A stretch of DNA of 63,934 bases, counting the filler, from Octopus bimaculoides (Eukaryota): NCBI RefSeq assembly GCF_001194135.2. It is 9 parts of 7 records of this genome, joined end to end, with 100 filler letters (N's around TTAATTAATTAA, not from the genome) between each part and the next. Parts side by side here need not be neighbours in the genome. Positions count along the whole stretch, not along the records: positions 10,022 to 14,023 come from NW_026378053.1; positions 14,124 to 23,964 come from NC_068983.1; positions 24,065 to 30,591 come from NW_026389089.1; 6 more parts are not named here. One strand, written 5' to 3'. The notes below the pieces were generated by a model, which was given only the letters and a program-made list of their open reading frames with translations, ran no database searches and was not told the origin of the DNA. How positions within the stretch are numbered: position 1 is the stretch's first letter; each line of letters starts with the position of its first letter. Of the stretch, positions 13,001 to 24,789 are shown one piece after another. Made by a program: the position numbers and the translations under genes.

Positions 13001-14023
13001 NNNNNNNNNNNNNNNNNNNNNNNNNNNNNNNNNNNNNNNNNNNNNNNNNNNNNNNNNNNNNNNNNNNNNNNNNNNNNNNNNNNNNNNNNNNNNNNNNNNN
13101 NNNNNNNNNNNNNNNNNNNNNNNNNNNNNNNNNNNNNNNNNNNNNNNNNNNNNNNNNNNNNNNNACGTACGTACGTACGAACGAGTGAACGTACGTACGT
13201 ACGAACGAGTGAACATACGTACGAACGAACGACCGATCTAACGAACGAACAAGCGTACGTAGGACCAATCCAAAGTACGTACGTACGAAGCAATGAACGA
13301 ACGAATGTACGTNNNNNNNNNNNNNNNNNNNNNNNNNNNNNNNNNNNNNNNNNNNNNNNNNNNNNNNNNNNNNNNNNNAACGAAATAACGAAGGAACGAA
13401 CGATCGATCGAACGGACGTAGGTACGAATGAACAAAGGTACGTACGTACGTAGGAAAGAACGAACGAACGTACGTAAGAAAGAACGAAGGAACGTATGTA
13501 CGTAAGTACGTACGAACAAATTAACGAACTANNNNNNNNNNAACGAAGGAACGTATGTACGTAAGTACGTACGAACAAATTAACGAACTATAGAACGAAC
13601 GAACGTACGTACGTCCGAACGAACGTACGAACGAACGTTCGTACGTATTACGTAGNNNNNNNNNNNNNNNNNNNNNNNNNNNNNNNNNNNNNNNNNNNNN
13701 NNNNNNNNNNNNNNNNNNNNNNNNNNNNNNNNNNNNNNNNNNNNNNNNNNNNNNNNNNNNNNNNNNNNNNNNNNNNNNNNNNNNNNNNNNNNNNNNNNNN
13801 NNNNNNNNNNNNNNNNNNNNNNNNNNNNNNNNNNNNNNNNNNNNNNNNNNNNNNNNNNNNNNNNNNNNNNNNNNNNNNNNNNNNNNAAAGAACGATCGAA
13901 CAAACGGACGTATGTACGTAAGTACGTACGAACGAACTATTGAACGAACGAACGTACGTACGTATGTACGAACGCACGTACGTACGAATGAACAAACAAA
14001 CGAACGAACAAACGAACGTACGT
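10022..14023. repeat. Complex CpG-rich (ACGA/ACGT/GAAC)n satellite, gap-riddled
   Basis: Tetranucleotide variants throughout, with a recurrent longer motif aacgaaataacgaa..gaaatatcgaa..gatcg..ggacgtaggta. Confidence 0.9.
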
Positions 14024-15604
14024 NNNNNNNNNNNNNNNNNNNNNNNNNNNNNNNNNNNNNNNNNNNNTTAATTAATTAANNNNNNNNNNNNNNNNNNNNN
14101 NNNNNNNNNNNNNNNNNNNNNNNATATATATAATTTATATTATTATATGATTGAACGCCACGCATCCTCTTCCAAGTAAGTTTTATCCTAATTAAAACTG
14201 ATGCGCACTCTATACGATCTTTTTACTCTTTCGTTTTTCTCTTTTTCTCTCTTTTTTCTTTTACCTCCTCTTCTCCAACTATTCTATCCTATTACTCTCT
14301 CACTCTCACCCCTCCTCCCTTGCTCACGTGGCTCTCATGTGACCATCGGCCTTTTATCTTTCTTTCTCTCCGTTGTAGCTGGAACAAGGAAGACGGGTTC
14401 TTGTCTGTCTCCTATCCAAGCTTGATTTACGCGATTGCCCACTACAGCTTTGTTTAGGCTTAGCAGCCCTTCCTATTTGTTTTCACTGTCCTGTTTGTGT
14501 TATCTATTTTGACCCCCCACAAAATCCCAAATTTTATTTAATTTGCTTTGCGGCAGCAACTGTTTTATCGAAAGCGTATATTGTTGTTAAATGCTCGAAA
14601 TACGAGACTAGAAAAACAGCCAACAACTGATGAAGGGTCGTTCTTTATTTTATTTTCCATTTGTGTCATTCGTTGTTCGAAAGAATAGTTCATGTTCCAT
14701 ATACTCGTGCTTCGTACTTCTTTGTTGTACACGTTTCATGACGTCCTGTGTCTATATGTATATATGCATATATGCATATATATACTATTTATATTATATT
14801 ATATTATATATNNNNNNNNNNNNNNNNNNNNNNNNNNNNNNNNNNNNNNNNNNNNNNNNNNNNNNNNNNNNNNNNNNNNNNNNNNNNNNNNNNNNNNNNN
14901 NNNNNNNNNNNNNNNNNNNNNNNNNNNNNNNNNNNNNNNNNNNNNNNNNNNNNNNNNNNNNNNNNNNNNNNNNNNNNNNNNNNNNNNNNNNNNNNNNNNN
15001 NNNNNNNNNNNNNNNNNNNNNNNNNNNNNNNNNNNNNNNNNNNNNNNNNNNNNNNNNNNNNNNNNNNNNNNNNNNNNNNNNNNNNNNNNNNNNNNNNNNN
15101 NNNNNNNNNNNNNNNNNNNNNNNNNNNNNNNNNNNNNNNNNNNNNNNNNNNNNNNNNNNNNNNNNNNNNNNNNNNNNNNNNNNNNNNNNNNNNNNNNNNN
15201 NNNNNNNNNNNNNNNNNNNNNNNNNNNNNNNNNNNNNNNNNNNNNNNNNNNNNNNNNNNNNNNNNNNNNNNNNNNNNNNNNNNNNNNNNNNNNNNNNNNN
15301 NNNNNNNNNNNNNNNNNNNNNNNNNNNNNNNNNNNNNNNNNNNNNNNNNNNNNNNNNNNNNNNNNNNNNNNNNNNNNNNNNNNNNNNNNNNNNNNNNNTG
15401 TATAGTAGACATGTATGTATGTATGTATGTATGCATGCATGTATGTATGTATGTATATATATAAATACATATGTGTGTGTGTGTCTCTGTCTGAATGTTT
15501 TTTGCGATGGACTGCAGAAAGCTACCTATCCTCTCTCTCCTTAAAGCTACGTATTCCTCACACCCACTTTTCTCTCCCTTCCTCGGCATTTTAAAAGTTA
15601 CTTA

Positions 15605-15642
<38 letters not shown>

Positions 15643-16483
15643 CGTGTGTCTATGTATTTCTTAAAGTAGGTATGTATACAGCATCGCGTGTATATGACAG
15701 CTGTATTAACGTTCTCTCCTTCCTTGATATCAGTCACACTCACTTCTGCTACTACATTTCTCCCATACTAAAACTCTTTGCACCCTTCTCATTTTATCAT
15801 ATAATTTGCTTAACCCCACTAGGGGTCACATTATTGATTTTTATTGAAATCCAATTAGCCTATTATTGAAATGGACGCTAGTTTAACATATATGCAAAAT
15901 TTCATGAAAATTGGTTTGCTGGTTAGGCAGTAAGATGATAACAGACAGATGGACAGAAAGACAGAAATTGCCATTTATAGATAAGATACATACATATATG
16001 ATGGGGTTTGCTCAATTTTCATGTATCAAACCTATTTACAAGGCATTGGCCAGTCTGAGGTTACAAAAGAATATACTTGCTCAAGGTGCTACAAGGTGAT
16101 ATTGGACTCAGGACCATTTGGTTGCCAAGTGATATGCAACAGACTTCTGCACAGGTTCCATCTTCCAAGTTCATGCACCATGGATTGTTAAGAGACAATT
16201 GTTCAAGGTGCCATGCAATAGGAGTGAACCTAAAACCATGTGGTTACAAAGCAAACCTCTAACCAGACAGCTATGCCTGGGCTTACAGACACATGCACAC
16301 ACATCCACATCCAAAAGACTCAAACTCACAAACACGCGCTCGCGCTCGCGCTCACACACAATACAATACATACGATACATACACACACTTATAATACACA
16401 TGTACAAAACACACATACACACCAACAACATGAAATAATTGGGTAAAAGAATATTAAAAAATAGTAATTATTTATTTTCTTAC

Positions 16484-16734
16484 CCTTTTCATTTCGACCC
16501 CATCCAGTAGCATAGTAGTCTTTATCTAGGGAGGCAGGGTTTTCTGGAAGACAAATTGGTTGCACATTATCTGTGAATGTAATTTCACTTTCCATATAAA
16601 GAAGTGCCAAATCATAACCTTCTATAAAACCCTTATACTTGTCATGTATAATGACGTGATCCACCTTATAAAGTTTTCCTTCATCTCTTTTTATAGATCC
16701 AACTCTTATTGAATATTTGGAATAACTGGATTCA
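16484..16734 (-). CDS. Trypsin-family (S1A) serine protease internal exon carrying the catalytic Asp motif
   Basis: tttcttttag acceptor and G|gtaaga donor. Open 251 nt: ESSYSKYSIRVGS..VDHVIIHDKYKGFIEGYDLALLYMESEITFTDNVQPICLP..YYATGWGRNEK. Contains the DxALL, PICLP and xTGWG motifs. Confidence 0.9.
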
Positions 16735-16768
16735 CTAAAAGAAAGAGAGAAAACATTGTTATAATAAT

Positions 16769-16805
<37 letters not shown>

Positions 16806-16924
16806 TGTGTAAACTGGGAATGCATACAACGAGTTTCTCTGCCCTAGGTGTACGGAAAACANNNNNNNNNNATTCGGCGACAAATGGAAGAAAATTTGAA
16901 GAAAGAAGGAAAAAAAACAACAAC

Positions 16925-16965
<41 letters not shown>

Positions 16966-16967
<2 letters not shown>

Positions 16968-18918
16968 TAATTTTTAAAGTAATCATGAATTCGTGGAGAA
17001 CCACCCTTATTTTAAACCATACACTAGGATATACCACCTCACCAGACATCAATATTGCCCGTGGTATCTTTCAAGGTGACTCATTATCACCATTACTATT
17101 CTGCCTCGCTCTGTTCCCATTAGCCATGCAACTGAATAATGCTAAGAGAGAGTATAAGATCTTTGACCAGAAAATTAATCATCTACTCTACATGGGTGAT
17201 TTAAAACTATTTGCCAAAAACAACAAAGAATTAGAAGAATATGAATATTGTCAAAGAATTCAGCTCTGATATAGGTATGGAATTCGGACTTGATAAATGT
17301 GCAAAGACAACTTTTAAGTCATAAAAGCAGAAAATATAGAACTTGATACTACCACAGCTATTCGGAACCTATACCAATATGAAGTATACAAATATCTGGG
17401 AACCAATAAAGTTGATGGTATCCAGCACTCTAAAATGAAAGAGAAAATCTGCAAGGAATGCTACTGAAGGATGAGAATGGTCCTCAGCTCAGAATTAAAT
17501 GCTGCTAACAAGATTAATGTGATCAATTCTTTGGTCATACCAGTAACCACATATAGCTTTGGTGTCATTAAGTGGAGTCTCACTGACATGCACAATATGG
17601 ATGGTAAGATCCGTAAAATCCTTACAAGGAACCGAATGCACCATCCAAAATCAGATGCAGACAGGATTTATTTCCCAAGAAAAATAGGTGGAAGAGGCCT
17701 GATACAGCTCGACCAATCTTTCAAATCAGCGATAACAGGCCTTGAAACGTACCTTAATACAACAAGTGATGTACTCTTACGAACTGCTCTAAAGCATGAG
17801 GATTTCAAGCAAGCTTCAATAATGAAGCTTAGAAATTTAAAAATTCTCTTGGCCTACAAGTTAACAATAAGAATGACCAAAGACACCTAAATATTGACAG
17901 AACTATCCTTGCTTCTCCTGATTTAGAAATTAACAATCAGAAAGACCAACGAGATCCAAGTAGTGACAAACCTATCACTGATGCAAAAAACATCAAATAA
18001 AAAGCAAAGAAGGCTTGCATGAATAATATCGAAGACAACTGGAAAGGCAAACTCCTGCATGGAAAATACCCTAACCACCAGTCCAAGCCAGATATTGATC
18101 AAAATCTAACACACCAATGGCTACAATGGACATGTCTGAAAGGGGAAACATAAGGTTTTGTTATTGCAGTACAAGATCAGAGCTTACCTACCAGAAACTA
18201 CCATGCAAACATCCTTAAAGACGGATCTGACCCCTCGTGCAGAATTTGCAGAAAATTCACAGAGACAATTAATCATGTTGTTTCTGGCAGCACAGTCTTT
18301 GCTGAAAAGGAGCACCTCATAAGACGTGACAGACTAGGGCAGTACATCCACTGGAATGCTTGTAAATACTACAAAACTAAATCCCATGATAAGTGGTGCA
18401 GGCACCATCCAAAGGATGTAGTAAATGGTGAGGGCGTCACCATCCTTCCCAATACAGACAGAAAAATTGACTCCAATTGACCAGACATTGTGATCAAGGA
18501 CTACAATGGAGGAACTTGTCTGTTAGTAGATATGTCTGTCCCACAAGATCAAAATATTTCAAGAAAAGAATGTGAAAGCTTTCTCACTATATACATCTAC
18601 AAATTGAAATCACAAAAATGTGGAAGCTTAATATTACAATAATACTAGTAATTATTGGTGCGTTGGGAATAATAAAAAAGGCAGCTGAGAAGTATATTAA
18701 GCAACTCCCTGGTAACTCCAGTCTCCATAAACTCCAAAAGATAACCTTGATGGGTACAACCCATATACTACGGAAAGCACTCTCCATCTAAAATGGAATA
18801 AATGCGGTGATAATTTTAGCATGCATAACAAAACATTAGTGCTTTTGCTACTCTTGGCCTCCGAGGATGCCTGGTACTAAGGCAGCTGAAATAAAGTTAT
18901 AATGAAAAGAAACCATAA
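16966..18918 (+). mobile_element. 5'-truncated R4/Dong-type RLE non-LTR retrotransposon, degenerate
   Basis: RT motifs RGIFQGDSLSPLLF, HLLYMGDLKLF and GGRGL, then a CRIC..H..SG zinc knuckle and a PDIVIKD RLE motif. (AAT)n on both sides. Confidence 0.85.
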
Positions 18919-18927
18919 ATAATAATG

Positions 18928-18988
<61 letters not shown>

Positions 18989-18990
<2 letters not shown>

Positions 18991-19545
18991 CCCTGATGCA
19001 GTACCAGGCAGTGGCTCTCATGGTTTCTGATCTTAATGGATTGGAAGTGTTATCATGTACGATGTTTTGTCTTGGTATAAAAGATGGGCTACACCAAGTA
19101 TTCTGCTTAATACCACAGATTTGCTTGTCAGTTGTTTGACCTTAACCAGTTGAGCATATCCCTTGGTGGCTGACGATATGTGCATCTCTGATCATGAGCA
19201 GAAATAGTGGGGGAGCATCATAACCATGTGTTGAGAGGGGTTCTTTGGGGTTTGAATAATTCACCTTTGGAAACATGGGTGTTTTGCTCAACATCCTTAA
19301 ACAAACCTTATTCAGGGACCTTTTAAGCGGGATGGGCTACTCGACCTGAAAAAAATTCTCCTACTGGACCCCACCTGCGAGGTCATGCGCTGTTTATCTT
19401 CATATGAGATCACCATGTCGCACACGTATGGTTGTGATGCATGTGCCTGGTGTACCCTTATCAGGCGAGTAGTCATGATGGGTATATTGAGCTTTGTACA
19501 TTTTACCCCAGTGTCACTTTGATGGCATGCACTGCTCTCTCACTC
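18989..19545 (+). mobile_element. About 560-bp non-coding interspersed element flanked by (AAT)n, copy 1
   Basis: Near-identical to the reverse complement of 27004-27562. No ORF and no TIR. (AAT)n on both sides. Confidence 0.8.
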
Positions 19546-19550
19546 AATAA

Positions 19551-19609
<59 letters not shown>

Positions 19610-19833
19610 ATAATAATAATAATAATAATATCAATAATAATNNNNNNNNNNNNNNNNNNNNNNNNNNNNNNNNNNNNNNNNNNNNNNNNNNNNNNNNNNN
19701 NNNNNNNNNNNNNNNNNNNNNNNNNNNNNNNNNNNNNNNNNNNNNNNNNNNNNNNNNNNNNNNNNNNNNNNNNNNNNNNNNNNNNNNNNNNNNNNNNNNN
19801 NNNNNNNNNNNNNNNNNNNNNNNNNNNNNNNNT

Positions 19834-20014
19834 TTAAAGCAAACATAATTTTCTTATGGTTTCTTAAACATTCACTTGAACAAAACTGTACAAATCCAAA
19901 TATATGGTACCCTAGGCATAACACCTACATGAACTTCTAACTTGTTGTCTCTTGAGGTCTCTGGGTGAGACTTGGATCCAACTTGTACAAATGCAAAACA
20001 AAAGTCAAACATAA

Positions 20015-20015
<1 letters not shown>
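19834..20015 (+). mobile_element. 3' end of a Dong-type element next to a gap
   Basis: 3' UTR-like segment (gaggtctctgggtgagacttgga..tgtacaaat..aaaagtcaaacataa) ending in (AAT)n. Same family as 43258-43410. Confidence 0.5.
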
Positions 20016-20071
<56 letters not shown>

Positions 20072-20086
20072 TATTATTATTATTAT

Positions 20087-22034
20087 CTATAGACAAAGCA
20101 GTTCTAAATGAAGTAAAAGCTAGAAAGAAAAATCTAACAATAGCATGGATAAATTATAGGAAAGCCTATGACATGATCCCACGCTCATGGATAAGTGAAT
20201 GTTTGAGTATATTCAGCACAGCAGACAACATTAGAGAATTAATTAGCTTTAGCATGAAGAAATGGAAAGTAGATCTATACTCAGGTGACACACTTTTAGG
20301 GAAAGTTAATATCAAAAGTGGTATTTTCCAGAAGGACTCGTTATCCCCTTTAATATTTATCATATATTTGATCCCACTCAATTTTGTATTAAAGAAGGCC
20401 AAGGCAGGGTATCACTTCTAAAATAGTGAGAGAAAAATTAGCCATTTGCTCTACATGGATGATCTGAAGCTTTTTAGTAAGAATGAAAGAGATAGATTCC
20501 TTAATACAGACTGGGATTTGGCATGGGATTTGGCATAGATAAGTATGCAATATTAATCATGAGAAGGGAACAAGTAGCCAACAGTGAAGGCATCCAATTA
20601 CCACATAGCCAGGCATTAAAATCATTGAAAGGATGAGAGAGTTGCAAGTATCTAGGAGTATTAGAATCTGACAGAGTACTAACAATAGAAATGGAAACGA
20701 AACTTGAGAAGGAGTACATCAGAAGGGTAAGGAAGCTAATGAAGTCAAAGCTAAATGATCTGAATCTAGTGAAGGCTGTAAATATTTGGGCAGTATCATT
20801 GCGTAGATACTAAGCAGCTTTTGCAGATTGAAAAAAACTAAATTTACTAGATTCATGTTCAATGATAGTCATGGAATGTGAAGGTGAGTGTGCGGGCAGT
20901 ATTTGTAATGCTGTGTGTGTGTGTCGTCTGCAGTGGGAACAGGGACAGTTTTCTCTATGAAGGCCTTTTTAAGTCTATCCACTGATAAATGGTATGAACA
21001 TGAATTAGTAAAGGACAGAGTAGCAAGATTACATCTACTGAAAAAGGAAGGTGGAAGAGGATTAATATGAGTAGAAAACTGCATGGATTAGCTAGAGTAG
21101 ATATAGACTCCTATGTAGGTTATAGTGAAGAAAGTTTATTAAAAGCTGCTAGAGTTACAGCGAAACATAGGGAAACAAAAACACCAAACGAACTTAAAAA
21201 GCAGAAAAAAGAACAGACATTATCTGACTGGCAGAAGGCATTGCAGGTAGATTCCTAGAGATAGTTTCAACAAACAGTAGAAGTGAGACATGGTTATGGC
21301 TGCAGAAAGGAAAGCTGAAGAGGGAGACAGGAAGTTTGTTAGTAACTGCCCAAGATCAAGCATTAAGGACTAATTGGATAAAAGCCAAAATATACAAAAA
21401 CCAAACAAATTTCAACGTAGATTATGCAAATCAAAAGATGAAAATATTACTCATATAGTAAATCAATGTAGCATGCTGGCACAAAAAGAATACAAGAAAA
21501 GACATGACAATCTAGGGAGAGCAATTCACTAGGAGTTATGTAGAAAGCTAGGGTTTGAACATACTGATAAATGGTATGAACATGAACCTAGTAAAGTACT
21601 AGAAAGTAAGAAATACAAGATGCTGTGGGACTTTAACATTCAGATTGATAGAGTAATAGAAGCTAGAAGGCCTGATTTGGCAGTAGTAGATAAAGAGAAT
21701 AGAAAGTGCCAGATAATTAACTTTGCAGTCCCAAATGATGAAAATATTAATATAAAATGTATAGAAAAAATAACAAAGTACTAGGACCTAGCTATTGACT
21801 TACAGAGATTATGGAAAGTGCGGGTAAAATGTATCTCAGTTGTTATAGGTGCATTGGGAACTATCCCTGAAGACCTTAACAGATAGAGGAAATAGGCATA
21901 AAACCCAGTTAAGTACAGCTGCAGAAAACAGTGTTATTAAGGGCAGCTAGGATACTTAGGAGGATTCTTGGCATCTAAGGCTACTTGTAGCCCGATGTTA
22001 GGATTCTTTTCTTTTCCAACAGTCTAATCTGTTG
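20087..22034 (+). mobile_element. 5'-truncated R4/Dong-type RLE retrotransposon, second subfamily
   Basis: IDKAVL..AWINYRKAYDMIPRSW, GIFQKDSLSP, HLLYMDDLKLF, KGETGSLL.TAQDQAL, RHDNLG, RPDLAVVD and VIGALG. (AAT)n flanks. Confidence 0.87.
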
Positions 22035-22071
22035 AATAATAATGATAATAATAATAATAATGATAATAATA

Positions 22072-22110
<39 letters not shown>

Positions 22111-22131
22111 ACAACAACAACAACAACAACA

Positions 22132-23143
22132 ACAAGAGCACTCAGAGAGCGTAAACTTCCGCTAAGGCAACACCAACGTCCTTTCAAGGATTAGCTGGAA
22201 ATGATTTTCAAAATGAGAATATCTAAAATAAACTCGACTGCTCTCACAAATGAGAATACTAAAAATTAACCCGACCGCTCTCAAAAATTAAGTGAAAAAC
22301 CGATAAAATAATCCAGAATCCTTGTCTGGTACCTGATCGATCCCAGTGATAGTCATGGAATGTGAAGGTGGGTGTGCGGGCAGTGTTTGTAATGCTGTGT
22401 GTCGTCTGCAGTGGGAACTGGGACAGATTTCTCTATGAAGGCCTGTTTTCAGTCTATCCACTGATATAGTGTCTTTACGACCATTAAGGTCTATAGCAAA
22501 AAAATTATCCGTGTGTGGAAGAAAGCGAAAAGAACCTGCATATGGTGCTATTAACAGAGGTTTAACAACATTGTTGCGCACAAAAACGTGAGTCCCAGAA
22601 GTAAGGCTTACTTCAAGACAGACCTACAAATGCAATTGTCAAGTAGGTAAGAGGTTTTAAACAGAGGCGATATATTCAAAATTGGTAAAGCTAAATATTG
22701 TTAAACTAAATTGAATTTATTATTGTTACTGAATATGTTAGTGTTATTTAATTTCTGAACGATTTTGCTGCCGTTTGTTTATGTAGCTTGATTTCTTTAT
22801 CTATCAGTTTCTACTAAGATAGATAAGCGAGTAAAATTAATGATAGGGAAACGAAAATAAAACTTTGGAAACAGCAACGCCGCCATAACTTACGTGGAAA
22901 TCATGAGGGAGATAATCAGAGAAAGACTTGAAAGTGAAGGTAAGATCGTAATGCTTCATGTAAAGTAAAGTAAATATAACAAATCGATCCAGATCGATCC
23001 CGAAATCTAATCAGTTTATGACAGCCACGAAGCCAAATATCCCTGAAAGTTTCATTCACATTCATCCAGCGGTTCTTGAGTTATCTTGTTCACGGACAAA
23101 CAAACAAGCACCACTGAAAACAATACCTCCTCTTTCGCTAAGG
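22132..23143 (+). mobile_element. Helentron/HINE (DINE-like) non-autonomous element split by about 650 bp of cargo
   Basis: Subterminal cttccgctaaggc near the 5' end and cctcctctttcgctaagg at the 3' end, with a (CAAA) repeat. GATCGATCCC is repeated at 22335-22344 and 22992-23001. Family assignment from recall. Confidence 0.5.
22347..22620 (-). mobile_element. Gypsy LTR-retrotransposon integrase C-terminal fragment
   Basis: THVFVRNNVVKPLLIAPYAGSF..FAIDLNGRKDTISVDRLK matches the GPY/F module (PY.GP..V..DRLKPA). Confidence 0.75.
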
Positions 23144-23672
23144 AATGACAACAGAAAAGATATAGAATAGGCACACGCCAGAAAAAGGTAGGTCACAGAA
23201 AATGAGAAAGCAACCATACTCTGGGGTATACCAATACACACAGATAGAGAAATTAAGGCCGCATGTTGTTGCCAGAGATTACCGAAAAAAAATGCTTTCT
23301 AATCCAAGTATCAATACCAAAAGAATCACAATGTTCCTCTAAAAGAAACGGAGAAACTTTCAAAATACTAAGATTTGGAAATAGCGGTAACTCAAATGTG
23401 GAGTCCAAAACCAGAAACAATCCCTATCATAGAAAACACATTATGTATGATAAAAAATACTCAGACAAATACATAACAAAAACACCAGGACTAACAAGTA
23501 TATATAACATACAGTAAATAGCACTACTAGGCGTCACACACATCCTATGTAAAACTCTTTCAGTAGAGTAAAAATAAGAGCATCACAACAAACCACAGCA
23601 CATAACCAAGGCAAACAGAGCTGCGCTCAGCAGTAAAACCAAAGCACGTGATAAAAATAAAACTGCTGAATA
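23144..23672 (+). mobile_element. 3' fragment (RLE domain plus UTR) of a third Dong-type subfamily
   Basis: Frameshifted HTPEK..ENEKATILW..IHTDREIKA..KCFLIQVSIP..KLSKY..LEI..MW. Ends in (AAT)n. Confidence 0.7.
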
Positions 23673-23701
23673 ATATTAATAATAATAATAATAATAATAA
23701 C

Positions 23702-23963
23702 AACCTGTTTCCAGAAGAGCAGAAGGGATGCTACAAGGGCTCATACGGCTGTAAAGATCAATTATTGATCAATAAAGCCATAACTGAAGACAGCCACAGA
23801 AAGAAGACAGGCCTCAGCATGGCCTGGGTGGACTACCAAAAGGCTTTCGACAGTATTCTCCACACGTGGATTCTCGAAACACTAGCCATAAACATGGTGG
23901 CACCAATTATTATAAAATACATTAGGCACTACATGAATAAATGGCAGACAGTGCTACAGCTCC
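23702..23963 (+). mobile_element. Dong-type RT fragment starting immediately after (AAT)n, cut by a gap
   Basis: LFPEEQKGCYKGSYGCKDQLLINKAI..AWVDYQKAFDSILHTW. Confidence 0.82.
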
Positions 23964-24298
23964 ANNNNNNNNNNNNNNNNNNNNNNNNNNNNNNNNNNNN
24001 NNNNNNNNTTAATTAATTAANNNNNNNNNNNNNNNNNNNNNNNNNNNNNNNNNNNNNNNNNNNNTTGTGTGTGTTTAACTATCTATTTACTTATCTCTCT
24101 ATTTATCTGTCTATATATATGTATTTATATGTGTGTGTGTGTGTATATATATATTTGATGTATAAAAACCCCTAATACTAAAGATTTACGCATTTGTTTT
24201 ACATATAAAAGCAAAATTTTTCTTTATATTATATTGACTGGAAAATGTTAGTGAATTTAATGTTCTTTTAACAAAAGTTTTCTTTTTCTAAATTCCAG

Positions 24299-24400
24299 TG
24301 TTTTCCTACACGACGTCGTTGGTTGCTTATTGGAATAATCATCATCTTGGCATTGTCAGCTTTGGTCTTAGGAATCTGCTCATTGGATAAATCTTGCTAA
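24299..24400 (+). CDS. Candidate terminal exon encoding a C-terminal transmembrane helix: CFPTRRRWLLIGIIIILALSALVLGICSLDKSC*
   Basis: Pyrimidine tract plus ttccag acceptor, then RRR followed by about 20 hydrophobic residues and a stop. AATAAA lies near 24727. No upstream exons identified. Confidence 0.35.
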   Translation, partial: CFPTRRRWLLIGIIIILALSALVLGICSLDKSC

Positions 24401-24789
24401 GAATATTTTCAGTGCCAATGGATATTTATGATGTGACAAAAGTGTCAGTGTGCAAAGAAATTATTCATTTTTAAATACCATAATTATCAAAGACAGAATC
24501 TGGAATTGTTTTAGATATTAACCAAAGAATTTTTGATTAATTGTCATAACATTATTGCTTATAATTGAAATCGAATGGTATTTAAAATATTGAAAAATAA
24601 TATTTTCTAAAAGTTATGTTGTTATGTTCAATAACGTCTGCATCATTCTGGTGAGATGAATTATGACATTCAATTATGCATGCATTTATCTAAACACCAT
24701 ATGCTGGTCAAAGCTGTCTTTTTGATAATAAATATAAATCTGATATCAAAACAGTGATGAATATATATAGTGAAGTGTATTGCCACTTA

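Noticed and set aside
9970-13995. Long ORFs (up to 846 aa) of FVRS/ERTN type
   Set aside because: These are translations of the tetranucleotide satellite read through N runs.
18995-19215. U1 snRNA-like words (TACCAGGCAG, TAGTGGGGGA) in the 560-bp element
   Set aside because: The matches are only 10 nt, the spacing is wrong and there is no Sm site or stem-loop match.
19169-19215. CTGACGA...GAAA in the 560-bp element as a hammerhead
   Set aside because: Stem II does not abut the core, no stem III or NUH partner is found, and copy 2 has GAAG.
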